A stretch of 64,000 bases of DNA, taken from assembly GCA_963665845.2 (NCBI GenBank), contig OY762492.1:672001-736000 (forward strand). The letters run 5' to 3'. This stretch comes from Candidatus Poribacteria bacterium. Its GTDB lineage: Bacteria > Poribacteria > WGA-4E > GCA-2687025. Positions within the stretch are counted from its first letter, which is position 1, and each line of letters starts with the position of its first letter. The position numbers were made by a program, and so were the translations under genes. Shown piece after piece: positions 40,079 through 51,646 of the stretch. The notes beneath the pieces are model-generated. The model saw nothing but the letters and a program-made list of their open reading frames with translations, was not told where the DNA came from and ran no database searches.

Positions 40079-41538
40079 ACCGGCTAAACGCCATCTTCCA
40101 TACGCTCGACAACAAAATGAACCCGATCGCCGTCAAGGAGCTGCGCCAGATCTCGCGCGGAAAGTTTTTGCCCGTCATCCTGATCAGTTTCCTCTTTGCG
40201 CAGCTGGCGGTCACCGCAGCGGTGGCATTCCGCGGTTCAGCAAGCCCCGGACCGGATCTGTATCGGACGTTGCTCGGGTGGTTGACCGGAGTATGCGTCC
40301 TGTTGATACCGATGTATGCAGGGTTTCGACTCGCCCAGGAGCGCGCCGACATGAATAAGGACCTTCTCTTTATTTCGACGCTGAAGCCAGCTTCGATTGT
40401 GTGGGGGAAAACGCTTTCCGCCGGGGTACTTGCCGCGCTCATTTACAGCGTCTGCATGCCGTTTATTGCGATGACCCACATTCTGCGCGGGGTGGATCTG
40501 CTGTCGGCGTTTCTCAACATCGTTCTAAGTTTTCTCTTTACGCTGACGGCGATTCAGGCGGGCGTTTTGGTCGGCGGCATGCCTGTCAATCGGTTCCTTA
40601 AGGGAATTGCCGGGCTGTTGGGGCTGCTGCCCCTTTACTTAATTCTGATGAGCGGACCGATATTGCCCCGCTTCATAGGGGGTCCGCCCGCCAGTATGAG
40701 CTTTCAGGAAGCGCTTTTGGCGGCGTTACTCTTTCTTTGGATCTGGGGGATGCCGTCGGTCGGGTTCTTTTTGCTGTCGGCGGCGTTCCTCAGCGCGCCC
40801 TCGGCGAACCGCGCGTTTGTTCCCCGCATTTATGTTACGGCGATCTGGGCAGCCTCCTATATTCCCGCCTTTGTCTGGGATCAAATCCACCGCAACGAGC
40901 ATTTGATCATGTGGTGGTTTGCCCTTTCCTGCGTCGGTTTTGGATGGGCGTTGGCGGTCGGCGTTAGCGAGCGCGATGAGCTGGGTCCGCGCATTCGGCA
41001 AACGATCCCGCGTTCGCGCGGTCGGCGCGTCCTCGCGTTTCTGTTTTACAGCGGATCTGCCGGCGGGTTTCTCTGGGCGTCGGCTGGAATCGTCATGACC
41101 TTTTTATTGTTCTTAGGCGCGTTTGCCGCGTCTTCAGGCTGGATGGGCTCCGACACCTTTTTTGACGGACTTTACCTGATTGGTTTTCTCTCCTTCAACG
41201 CATGGAGCATCGCGCTATGCGCCGTCTTTATCCACCGCAAATTTCTTAAAAACCGCGTCTCCGGGGCATATACATGGCTGATTGCGGTCGGCGTTCACAT
41301 CCTTTCCAATCTGCTGTGGATGATGTTCCTGATCGGATCTGGAGCGTACAGCGGCGGCTTTTACACGGAGTGGATTGGAGTACTGCTTTTGGGCGCGGCG
41401 GCTGGGTCCGAAAATCCGCCGACTGCGGTCGCCGGCGTCATCGCGCTGGTTATGGGATGCGCATGCGTTCCTTGGCTTGTTCGACGGGCGTCCGCCTTTA
41501 AGCCCCTCCCTTTAAAAGCGGCTGAAACGAAAGGATGA
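40075..41538 (+). CDS. ABC-2-like permease, paralog 4
   Basis: Same motifs; closest relative is paralog 5. Confidence 0.85.
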   Translation: MNRLNAIFHTLDNKMNPIAVKELRQISRGKFLPVILISFLFAQLAVTAAVAFRGSASPGPDLYRTLLGWLTGVCVLLIPMYAGFRLAQERADMNKDLLFISTLKPASIVWGKTLSAGVLAALIYSVCMPFIAMTHILRGVDLLSAFLNIVLSFLFTLTAIQAGVLVGGMPVNRFLKGIAGLLGLLPLYLILMSGPILPRFIGGPPASMSFQEALLAALLFLWIWGMPSVGFFLLSAAFLSAPSANRAFVPRIYVTAIWAASYIPAFVWDQIHRNEHLIMWWFALSCVGFGWALAVGVSERDELGPRIRQTIPRSRGRRVLAFLFYSGSAGGFLWASAGIVMTFLLFLGAFAASSGWMGSDTFFDGLYLIGFLSFNAWSIALCAVFIHRKFLKNRVSGAYTWLIAVGVHILSNLLWMMFLIGSGAYSGGFYTEWIGVLLLGAAAGSENPPTAVAGVIALVMGCACVPWLVRRASAFKPLPLKAAETKG

Positions 41539-41545
41539 GATCGGC

Positions 41546-43030
41546 ATGCGTTTGAACGCTGTACTCCGCAAGATCGACAACAAAATGAACCCGATCGCCG
41601 TCAAGGAGCTGCGTCAAATCTCGCGCGGGAAATTTTTGCCCGTCATTCTGATCGGCGTTCTGATTATGCAGTTGTCTATCACAGGCGCGGTGTCGTTCCG
41701 CGGCTCTTCCCACCCCGGACCTGATCTGTATGAGACGTTGTTCATTTGGTTGACCGGGATATGCTGCCTGTTGATACCGGCGTATGCGGGGTTTCGACTC
41801 GCGCAGGAGCGGGTCGACATGAACAAGGACCTTCTCTTTATTTCGACGCTGAAACCCGCCTCGATTGTGTGGGGAAAAACGCTTTCCGCCGCGGTACTTG
41901 CCGCTCTGATTTACAGCGTCTGCATGCCGTTTATTGCGATGACCTACATTCTGCGCGGGGTGGATCTGCTGTCGGCGTTTCTGAATACCGTTCTGAGTTT
42001 TCTCTTTACGCTGACGGCGATTCAGGTCGGCGTTTTGGTCGGCGGCATGCCTGTCAATCGGTTCCTTAAGGGGATTATCGGGCTGTTTGCGTTGCTTCCC
42101 CTTTTCTTAATTCTGATGAGCGGACAGATATTGTCCGGGCTGATTGGGGGATCGCCCGCCAGTATGAGCTTTCAGGATGCGCTTACGGCGGCGCTCCTCT
42201 TTCTTTGGATCTGGGGGGCGCTGTCGGTCGGGTTCTTTTTGCTGTCGGCGGCGTTCCTCAGCGCGCCCTCGTCGAACCGCGCGTTCGTTCCCCGCATTTA
42301 TGTTACGGCGGTCTGGGTTGCCTCTTTTATCGCCGCCTTTGTCTGGGATCAAAGCAACCGCAACGCCAATCTGATCATGGGGTGGTTTATTCTCTCCTGC
42401 GTCGGTTTTGGATGGGCGTTGGCGGTCGGCGTTAGCGAGCGCGATGAGCTGGGTCCGCGCATTCGGCAAACGATCCCGCGTTCGCGCCTTCGGCGGGCGT
42501 TTGCGTTTCTGTTTTACAGCGGATCGGGGGGCGGGTTTCTCTGGGCGTCGGCTGGCATCGTCTTGACCTTTTTATTGTTCTTAGGCGCGTTTACCGCGTC
42601 TTCCAGCTGGATGAGATCCAGAGACTTTTTTGAATTGCTTAGCCCGATCGGTTTTCTTGCCTTCAACGCATGGACTACGGCGGCATGCGCGCTCTTTATC
42701 CACCGCAAATTTCTTAAGAACCGCGTCTCCGGAGCATATACATGGCTGATTGCGGTCGGCGTTCACATCCTTTCCAATCTGCTGTGGATGATGTTCATGC
42801 TCGGATCTGAAGCGTACAGAGGCGGCTTCTACACGAATTTGATTGGAAACTTGATTGGAGTACTGATTTTTGGCGCATCGGTTGTGTCCGAAAATCCGCC
42901 GATTGCGGCTGCCGGCGTCATCGCTCTGTTTACGGGATGCGCATGCGTTCCTTGGCTTGTTCGACGGGCGTCCGCCTTCAAGCCCGCCCCGCTAGAGACG
43001 CGGAGAAAGCGGGAGAACGAATCGGCATGA
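41546..43030 (+). CDS. ABC-2-like permease, paralog 5
   Basis: Same motifs; long stretches identical to paralog 4. Confidence 0.85.
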   Translation: MRLNAVLRKIDNKMNPIAVKELRQISRGKFLPVILIGVLIMQLSITGAVSFRGSSHPGPDLYETLFIWLTGICCLLIPAYAGFRLAQERVDMNKDLLFISTLKPASIVWGKTLSAAVLAALIYSVCMPFIAMTYILRGVDLLSAFLNTVLSFLFTLTAIQVGVLVGGMPVNRFLKGIIGLFALLPLFLILMSGQILSGLIGGSPASMSFQDALTAALLFLWIWGALSVGFFLLSAAFLSAPSSNRAFVPRIYVTAVWVASFIAAFVWDQSNRNANLIMGWFILSCVGFGWALAVGVSERDELGPRIRQTIPRSRLRRAFAFLFYSGSGGGFLWASAGIVLTFLLFLGAFTASSSWMRSRDFFELLSPIGFLAFNAWTTAACALFIHRKFLKNRVSGAYTWLIAVGVHILSNLLWMMFMLGSEAYRGGFYTNLIGNLIGVLIFGASVVSENPPIAAAGVIALFTGCACVPWLVRRASAFKPAPLETRRKRENESA

Positions 43031-43118
43031 CCCGCCGCGCGCGACTGCGCATAACTATCGGTAGCAAGCGCGGCGCAAGTGTGTTAGCATAACGGACGAT
43101 GAGAGAAGGGGTACGCGC

Positions 43119-44591
43119 ATGAGCAGGCTGAACGCCATCGCCCGCAGATTTGACAATCGGATGAATCCGATCGTTGTGAAGGAGCTGCGCCAGACGTCGC
43201 GCGGAAAATTCTTGATTGTGATTCTGCTCGGTTTTCTGTTTATACAGTTGGCCGTTACAGGCGCGGTGTCGTTCTTCGCCACCGTGACGACAACGCCTGG
43301 GCCCGCCCTGTTTCTCTCGCTCTTCGGTTTCTTGACAGCGGCGAGCGGCTTGTTGATACCGGCGTATGCCGGGTTCCGACTCGCCCAAGAACGCGCCGAC
43401 ACGAACGTGGACCTGCTGTTCGGCACCTCGTTGAAACCAGCCTCGATTGTCTGGGGTAAAACGCTTTCATCGGCGATTCTGGCGGCGCTGATCTACAGCG
43501 TCTGCATGCCGTTTATCATCATGACCTATCTGCTGCGCGGCATCGATCTTCCGTCGGCGTTTCTGCTGACGGCCATCAGTTTTTGCGCCGTGCTGCTGAC
43601 GACTCAAGGCGGCATCTTGATCGGATGCATGCCTGCAAACCGCGTCGTCAAGGGGATGGTGGGGCTGTTCGGGCTGTTCACGATCTTTTCGCTGCTGATT
43701 TCAGGGGTGGTCTATCTCGTTACGAGATTGTTTGGAGGATCGAACATCATGGCGCTGTTGATGAGCCGGAACGGGCTTTTGACGGCGCTTGGGGTGCTTG
43801 TCTTGTGCGTTCTTCTTGGGATCGGGTTCTTTTTGATCTCGGCGGCGTTTATCAGTCCGGCGTCAGCGAACCGCGCGTTTGCTCCGCGGGTCTATGCGAC
43901 GGGGGTCTGGCTCTTGTCGCTGGCTGTCGTCGTTGTTTGGGGGCAGACCGCCTCCTCGGTGGAGCCGATCGTTCAATGGATGCATGTTTTCCAATTCATT
44001 TTTGGATGGGCGTTGTGGGTCAGCGTGAGCGAGCGGGATCGATGGGGCTTGCGCGTGCGTCAAAAAATACCGCGTTCCGGCGCGCTGCGCGTCCTTTCGT
44101 TTCTTTACTACAGCGGGTCGGCGGGCGGAATGGTCTGGTCTTCGGTCGGAATTCTGTTGACGTTTATTTTTGGAGCGGTTGCGATTTCCGCCTCTGCCGG
44201 CACGGTCAGCTCGATAGAGTTTGAAAAAGTTGCCTTTTCGGCGTTCAATACGTGGATTGCGGGGATGGGGGCGTTTTTGATTCACCGCGCGTTTCTCAAA
44301 AACCGCATCTCCAGCGCATATACCTGGTTGATTGCGGTCATGCTTTATATGGGGAGCAGTTTGCTCTGGGTCATGTATATGATCAGTGTCGGCAGCGCCG
44401 GGTCCATCGGCGCGCTTTCCTCCCCGCTGACTTTACTGATGCGGGGCGTCTCCGCTTTAAGTACCGATCCGCCGGTGAACGCAGCGGGCGTGTTGGCGCT
44501 CGTTTTGGGATGCGTATGCTTGCCGTGGATGGCGCGGCAGGTTGCCGCCTTCAAGCCGTATTCTCGTTCAACCAACGCTCCGCAAGAGTAG
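43119..44591 (+). CDS. ABC-2-like permease, paralog 6
   Basis: NPIVVKELRQTSRG and the other family motifs. Confidence 0.85.
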   Translation: MSRLNAIARRFDNRMNPIVVKELRQTSRGKFLIVILLGFLFIQLAVTGAVSFFATVTTTPGPALFLSLFGFLTAASGLLIPAYAGFRLAQERADTNVDLLFGTSLKPASIVWGKTLSSAILAALIYSVCMPFIIMTYLLRGIDLPSAFLLTAISFCAVLLTTQGGILIGCMPANRVVKGMVGLFGLFTIFSLLISGVVYLVTRLFGGSNIMALLMSRNGLLTALGVLVLCVLLGIGFFLISAAFISPASANRAFAPRVYATGVWLLSLAVVVVWGQTASSVEPIVQWMHVFQFIFGWALWVSVSERDRWGLRVRQKIPRSGALRVLSFLYYSGSAGGMVWSSVGILLTFIFGAVAISASAGTVSSIEFEKVAFSAFNTWIAGMGAFLIHRAFLKNRISSAYTWLIAVMLYMGSSLLWVMYMISVGSAGSIGALSSPLTLLMRGVSALSTDPPVNAAGVLALVLGCVCLPWMARQVAAFKPYSRSTNAPQE

Positions 44592-44614
44592 CCCGTCAAC
44601 AGAATTGGAACATC

Positions 44615-45358
44615 ATGCCGGACGCAATTTTTGAACTCAACGGCGTTTCCAAAACTTACGGAAAAACGTGCGCCGTTCATCAAGCCGACCTGACCGTGCA
44701 TGAAGGAAGAACGACCGTTCTGATTGGACCGAGCGGTTGCGGAAAGTCAACGCTTCTGCGGATGATGGTCGGCCTCGTCCAGCCGGATGAAGGCTCGGTT
44801 CGGTTTGAAGGTTCGCCTGTCGCGCCGCATAACGTTCGTTCGCTTCGGCTTAAAATGGGGTATGTGATTCAGGAGGGCGGGCTTTTCCCGCATTTGACGG
44901 CGCGGGGGAATGTGTCGCTTTTGGCGAAGCATCTGAAATGGGACCGCGGGCGCATTGAGGAACGGATTGAGCAGCTTGCCGAGCTGACGCAGTTTCCGAT
45001 CGGCGGGCTTGACCGGTACCCGGCGCAGCTCTCCGGGGGGCAGCGGCAGCGGGTGAGTCTCATGCGCGCCCTGATGCTGGACCCTGACGTTTTGCTAATG
45101 GACGAGCCGCTGGGCGCGCTGGACCCGATGATACGATCCGACCTGCAGGTTGAATTGCGCTCTATCTTTGAGGAGCTGAAAAAGACGGTCGTCATGGTGA
45201 CGCATGACATGCATGAAGCGGGCTACTTCGGCGACGAGATCGTTCTCATGCGGGAGGGAATGATCGCCCAGGTCAGCTCCTTCAAGGAACTGATCGAAAA
45301 TCCTTCAGAAAAATTTGTGACTCAGTTTGTTCAGGCACAGAAAGGAATGGAGATTTAA
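44615..45358 (+). CDS. Osmoprotectant-type (OpuA/OpuCA-like) ABC importer ATPase
   Basis: GPSGCGKST, GYVIQEGGLFPH, RYPAQLSGGQRQR and MDEPLGALDP. Confidence 0.9.
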   Translation: MPDAIFELNGVSKTYGKTCAVHQADLTVHEGRTTVLIGPSGCGKSTLLRMMVGLVQPDEGSVRFEGSPVAPHNVRSLRLKMGYVIQEGGLFPHLTARGNVSLLAKHLKWDRGRIEERIEQLAELTQFPIGGLDRYPAQLSGGQRQRVSLMRALMLDPDVLLMDEPLGALDPMIRSDLQVELRSIFEELKKTVVMVTHDMHEAGYFGDEIVLMREGMIAQVSSFKELIENPSEKFVTQFVQAQKGMEI

Positions 45359-45359
45359 T

Positions 45360-46277
45360 ATGAAAACGCTGCGATGGATTCTTGTTTGCTGCATCGCTTT
45401 GACATGCGCCGCCGCATGCCAGCGATCCAAGGACGATAAAGAAAAGACCGGCGAAGAAAAGGTGAAGGTGACGGTCGCGTCCAAGCTGTTCACCGAAAGC
45501 GTCATACTCGGCTCGGTGCTTGAGCGTCTGGCGGAAACGGTCGGCGCCGAAGCGGAACACAAGGCGCAGCTGGGAGCCACGCAGATCCTCTGGCAAGCGG
45601 TTCTGCGCGGCGATCTGGACGCGTACATCGACTACACCGGCACGCTCATGCGCGAAACCTTCGCCCAAGAGAACTTTACAACCATTGAGCAGGTCAGCGA
45701 AAAGATGGCGGAGCTTGGTCTGAAGATGAGCAAGCCGATCGGCTTCAACAACACCTACGCCTTTGGAACGCTCAGTACCACGGCGGAGGAGCGCGGGCTG
45801 ACAAAAATCTCCGACCTGCAGGGTCATCCCGACCTGAAATTCGGGTTCTCAAACGAGTTCATGCACCGAAGCGACGGATGGACGCCGCTCAAGGCAACCT
45901 ACCAACTGCCGCAAACCGACGTGAAAGGTCTGGAACATGAGCTCGCTTACCGCGCTCTCGAAACGAGCCAAATCGATCTGACCGACCTGTACACAACCGA
46001 CGCTAAAATCCAGCGGTACGATCTGACCGTTCTGGAAGACGACCTGAACTTCTTCCCAAAGTACTACGCGGTCGTCATCTACCGCGCCGATCTGGAGGAG
46101 CGGGCGCCGGAGGTTGTCGAGGCGTTTCTCAAGCTGGAGAACGCTCTCACCGAATCGCAGATGACCGCGCTGAACGCCAAATCGGAGCTGGAGTCTATGA
46201 ATGAAAAGGTGATCGCCGCCGAGTTTGTCCAGGAGAGATTCCCGGACCTGACCAGCGGCAAGACGGAAACGCCATGA
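45360..46277 (+). CDS. Glycine betaine/OpuAC-family substrate-binding lipoprotein
   Basis: Lipobox AAAC; SKLFTESVILG, YIDYTGT, GFNNTYA, EF..RSDG, DLYTTD and FFPKY. Confidence 0.9.
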   Translation: MKTLRWILVCCIALTCAAACQRSKDDKEKTGEEKVKVTVASKLFTESVILGSVLERLAETVGAEAEHKAQLGATQILWQAVLRGDLDAYIDYTGTLMRETFAQENFTTIEQVSEKMAELGLKMSKPIGFNNTYAFGTLSTTAEERGLTKISDLQGHPDLKFGFSNEFMHRSDGWTPLKATYQLPQTDVKGLEHELAYRALETSQIDLTDLYTTDAKIQRYDLTVLEDDLNFFPKYYAVVIYRADLEERAPEVVEAFLKLENALTESQMTALNAKSELESMNEKVIAAEFVQERFPDLTSGKTETP

Positions 46278-47542
46278 AAACGGTTGGGCGGGTTCTAGCA
46301 TTCTGCGCCGTTTGGACATGCGCCTTGCATTTGTCCAACGCGCAAGCCGTTGAAACGGCGACGGTCGGATCCAGCAGGTCGACCGAAAACGCCATACTCG
46401 GATCCGCCCTAGAGCTGCTGGCAAAATCGGCCGGCGTTGACGCGAAGCATCAAGAGAAGATGGGGGAGCCGCAGGACCTCTGGCAAGCTCTCCTGAACGG
46501 CGAGCTGGACGCCTATGTTGACGACACAGGCGCGCTCATGCGCGAGCGATTCGAACCGGAACGCTTTGAGGGCATAGAGCAGGTCGAAGCGAAACTGGCT
46601 GAATTCAACGTGAAAATGAGCAAGTCGATCTTCTACTCAACGGACGCCGAGACCCCAAAAGAGGACGCTGTTGTTCTCTACCGGGTCGATCTGGAAGAGC
46701 GGGCGCCGGATGTTGTCAAGGCGTTTCTCAAACTGGAAGGCTCCATTACGGAATCGGAAATGGCCGACATGATCGGCGAGTCGGATCGGAAGTATCTTCC
46801 TGAATCGAGCGTCGCCGACAAGTTTGTCAAAGAGAGGTTCCCAGAGATTGCCAGCCTTATCGGCAGCTCCAGCAGCTCCAGCCCCAGCGGCGGCATCGAT
46901 ATTGAGGTGGAGGTTGACACATGGATAACCCGTCTGACAAAACATACGGTTGACCATCTGATCATGGTAGGGATCGCCTTAGCCGCCGCCTTGCTGATTT
47001 CGATCCCCTTGGGAATCGGCGCGGCGCGGAACGAAACGTTTGGCAAAGCGGTTTTAGGTTTTGTCGGCATCCTGCAGACCATCCCGTCGTTGGCGCTGCT
47101 GGTGCTGATGATCCCTCTGGTCGGTCTCGGCAAAGACGCCGCGATACTGGCGCTGTTCTTTTATAGCCTCCTGCCGATTGTTCAAAACACCCATGCGGGT
47201 CTAAGCGGCATCCAAAAAGGCGTCATCGAATCGGCGTCGGCGCTGGGGTTAACCTCCGGGGCGCGGCTCCGGCTGGTGGAGCTGCCGATCGCTCTCCGGT
47301 CAATACTCGCCGGGGTGAAGATCGCCGCGGTGCAGCTGATCGGCTTTGCGACGCTGGGCGCCTTCATCGGAGCCGGCGGATACGGGCAGCCGATCCTCAA
47401 CGGGATCCGCGTCAACAGAATATCGCTCATACTGGAAGGGGCGATACCGGCGGCGCTCATGGCGCTTCTCGCCCAAGGACTGTTTGAACTGGTTGAACGC
47501 AGCATTGTCAGCAAAGGACTCCGCATCCGAGCGGAAGAATAA
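46274..47542 (+). CDS. Fusion of a truncated substrate-binding domain and an OpuBB-type permease
   Basis: N-terminal half paralogous to the previous gene; C-terminal QTIPSLAL, ESASALG (EAA loop) and GAGGYG. Confidence 0.85.
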   Translation: MKTVGRVLAFCAVWTCALHLSNAQAVETATVGSSRSTENAILGSALELLAKSAGVDAKHQEKMGEPQDLWQALLNGELDAYVDDTGALMRERFEPERFEGIEQVEAKLAEFNVKMSKSIFYSTDAETPKEDAVVLYRVDLEERAPDVVKAFLKLEGSITESEMADMIGESDRKYLPESSVADKFVKERFPEIASLIGSSSSSSPSGGIDIEVEVDTWITRLTKHTVDHLIMVGIALAAALLISIPLGIGAARNETFGKAVLGFVGILQTIPSLALLVLMIPLVGLGKDAAILALFFYSLLPIVQNTHAGLSGIQKGVIESASALGLTSGARLRLVELPIALRSILAGVKIAAVQLIGFATLGAFIGAGGYGQPILNGIRVNRISLILEGAIPAALMALLAQGLFELVERSIVSKGLRIRAEE

Positions 47543-47553
47543 ACGAAAGGAGT

Positions 47554-48351
47554 ATGTCTATGAGACATACGCGAACGAAACTCATGCTTGCCGCCGCCCT
47601 TTGCGCCGGCATGTTGGCAATGGCGGGAAACGCCCCCGCCGTGACCACAAGCCTCCACTTTCAATACGCGAGCAGCTACTACTCGCGCGGCTTCGACTGG
47701 GGGAACGGACAAAGCGGGTTCTGGCGAATGACCGCCGACGTGTCCACAACCGTCGCCGGCACAACGGTCGGCGGCTACATCTGGCATTCGCAAGGACTTG
47801 ACGCGAACGCCGACGATTCTCTCGACAACAGCGAGCTGGACTACAACCTGTACGCCTCGCGCAATTTCGGCGGCGTTTCGGTGTCCGCCGTCATCCTGCA
47901 TTACACGCTGCCCGCCGCGCCGCCTTTTGCATCCGAGGTGCCTGAAAAGTCGCCGTTCAGCGTCCGCACATGGGTGGAGGCGAACCTGAACGCGGACATC
48001 GGACCGCTGATCAATGAAAACCTCTCCCTCTCCTTGAAGGCATACAGGTACCTGGACGACCTGATCTACAGCGACGAGGAAGGCAAGTACGACGTCGCCT
48101 ATCTCGGCGTTGCCGCTTCCTACCCGGCGGGTCATCTGAGCCTCAACCTGGCGATCGGCTTCGCCGACAGCTACTCCAATTCCGAGGGGGACGGATTCAC
48201 ATTGATGGACGTTCATCCCAGCGTTTCGTACTCCATCCCCTTGGGAGAAGAGACGTCGGCGACCGCCATTTTAGGCGTCGGATACAACCCGGACGCCGGC
48301 ACGAAGCAGCCCTACTTCAAACTGGGAACCGGCTGGTCTTGGTCGCCCTGA
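47554..48351 (+). CDS. Putative outer-membrane beta-barrel/porin-like protein
   Basis: Signal peptide; YYSRG and ELDY motifs (TorF-like by resemblance); alternating aromatic strands; aromatic C-terminus. Confidence 0.6.
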   Translation: MSMRHTRTKLMLAAALCAGMLAMAGNAPAVTTSLHFQYASSYYSRGFDWGNGQSGFWRMTADVSTTVAGTTVGGYIWHSQGLDANADDSLDNSELDYNLYASRNFGGVSVSAVILHYTLPAAPPFASEVPEKSPFSVRTWVEANLNADIGPLINENLSLSLKAYRYLDDLIYSDEEGKYDVAYLGVAASYPAGHLSLNLAIGFADSYSNSEGDGFTLMDVHPSVSYSIPLGEETSATAILGVGYNPDAGTKQPYFKLGTGWSWSP

Positions 48352-48380
48352 TTGTTCAACTGCAAACGAAAGAGAACGGA

Positions 48381-49678
<1,298 letters not shown>

Positions 49679-49682
<4 letters not shown>

Positions 49683-50656
49683 GTATGGAGAACGATACGC
49701 CGTCGGTTGACCGCCTGCGCGCCGCGTTTATTGAGGACGCGCGCGCAGGTTTGACGTCGAAGCCCAAGACATTTCCGCCGCGCTATTTTTACGACGCGAA
49801 AGGCTCGCGTCTGTTTGAAGAGATCTGCGGCTTGCCGGAGTATTATCTGACGCGCGCCGAGTTTGAAATACTGCGCGCCCATGCCGACGAGGCGGTCGAC
49901 TCGTTTCAACAGCCGCCCGCGCTGGCGGAGCTTGGAAGCGGCAGCTCCGTCAAAACGCGGCTGCTCATCGAAGCGCTTCTGCGGCAGCACGGCGCGCTGC
50001 GGTATGTTCCGATCGACATCTCCGCCTCTATTCTTGAGGAGAGTTCCGCCGCCCTTCGACAAGAATACCCGCGCCTAGAGATTCAGCCCGTCGCGGGTGA
50101 GTACGGGGAAGGTTTCCGCCGACTTTCAACGGAAAACGACCGACCCAAACTGATCCTGTTCCTCGGCTCCAACATCGGCAATATGAATCCCGACGAGGCG
50201 CGGGCGTTTCTACAGCGCATGCGCGAATGCATGTCGGGCGGCGACCGCGCCTTGATCGGAATCGACCTGCGCAAGAGCCGCGAGATACTAGAGGCGGCTT
50301 ATGACGACGCGGCGGGCGTCACAGCGCAGTTCAACATGAACCTGCTGGAGCGGATCAACCGAGAGCTGGGCGGGAACTTCAACCTAGGCCGCTTCGTTCA
50401 CCGCGCCTTCTATAATTCAGACGAGGGGCGTGTAGAGATGCATCTTGTCAGCCTGAAAGCGCAGCGCGTTCAGATTGAGGCGGCGGAGCTGGAGATCAAC
50501 TTTGAAGCGGGCGAGACGATCCACACCGAGAACTCATATAAGTTCACGCTTGAACAGATTGACGCGCTGGCGGAAGCGTCCGGCTTTTCGGTTGAGCGGC
50601 GATGGTTCGACAGCGGGCGGCGTTTTAGCCTGAACCGCATCGCGCCGGACGCCTAA
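49679..50656 (+). CDS. egtD: L-histidine N-alpha-methyltransferase
   Basis: YFYDAKGSRLFEEI..LPEYY, ELGSGS, FLGSNIGN, AYDDAAGVT..FN and IHTENSYKF. Confidence 0.95.
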
Positions 50657-50688
50657 CCTTAGTTGGTATGCAAAGAGGGCATCGCGGT

Positions 50689-51609
50689 TCAGTCGCGTTC
50701 GATGACGCCCAGGTCCATCTCAATGCGTTCAAATTCGGGATGGTCTTCAAACTCATCGGGTACGCCCTCTATCATCATGCGGTAGGTGATTCGCTCTTTA
50801 TGCAGCCCGCGAATTTCTGCTTTGACCCGCTCTAATTCCGCAAAAGCGTTGTCAAACGCCGATCCTTGCGCATTGATCACGTCCGCCTCCAATTGCTTCT
50901 CGCGTTGACGCAGGTTTTCTAACGCGCGCCGCCCCTCTTCGGTTTGCGCAAGCGGGGGGCGCTTGATCTGCCAGGCGACGCGCAACTGCTGATTTTCTTC
51001 CAGATAGAAAATCTTGCCGTTGGGTAGAGCGATTTTGGTATACAAGCTTTCTTCTGGAAGACGCCCCGAAAGTACGACGAGACGAATCGGATTGCCCCAA
51101 ATCTTCATCGGTATGCGGTCTTCCGGGTTTGGGTTCGTGACCAAATGTTTTATTTCGTCGGGAATAGGCTCTGCATGCGGTATAAACGGACTCATCGCCG
51201 CGAGAAATTCTGGATCATTGAGCATGGCCTCTTGCGCGTTCCTACGAGCTTGCAAGCAGAAAACCGCCGGATACGGGTGATCTTCCTGAACAATCTTGTC
51301 AAATTCTAAACCGACGAGGCGGACGAACTCGTTCAGCGCGTCATGCCATGTGATGAAATTGTATTTCTTTGCTTCGCCGCTCTCGGTCGGGGGAGATTTG
51401 TTTTCTTTGGGCTGCGCCGTTTCAGGTTCTTGCCGTATGACCGGCGATGGCGCGCTCGGAGCAAGGGGTACGGTTTTCGTCCCGTCGCTTTCTGTCAGCT
51501 CTTTCTGACTGACGGGGGAGTTGCGCTCCTCTGCCCAGAGCAGCCAAAGGAACGCCCCGACGATGACGCATCCCAGCGCCGCCAAAATTACGGCAGTTCT
51601 GCGTTTCAT
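50689..51609 (-). CDS. Membrane-anchored hypothetical protein, paralogous to 7264..8019
   Basis: N-terminal TM helix; shared motifs; extra coiled-coil insert. Confidence 0.75.
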   Translation of the reverse strand: MKRRTAVILAALGCVIVGAFLWLLWAEERNSPVSQKELTESDGTKTVPLAPSAPSPVIRQEPETAQPKENKSPPTESGEAKKYNFITWHDALNEFVRLVGLEFDKIVQEDHPYPAVFCLQARRNAQEAMLNDPEFLAAMSPFIPHAEPIPDEIKHLVTNPNPEDRIPMKIWGNPIRLVVLSGRLPEESLYTKIALPNGKIFYLEENQQLRVAWQIKRPPLAQTEEGRRALENLRQREKQLEADVINAQGSAFDNAFAELERVKAEIRGLHKERITYRMMIEGVPDEFEDHPEFERIEMDLGVIERD

Positions 51610-51646
51610 TTCAGCCGCGCCGCAATTGGCGCCAATCTATCTGCGT

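Noticed and set aside
35713-44591. Diversity-generating retroelement behind the paralog variation
   Set aside because: No reverse transcriptase, and the differences are not adenine-specific.
50651-50695. Integron attC site (GCCTAAC overlapping the egtD stop)
   Set aside because: No matching GTTRRRY or L-box palindrome downstream and no integrase in the window.
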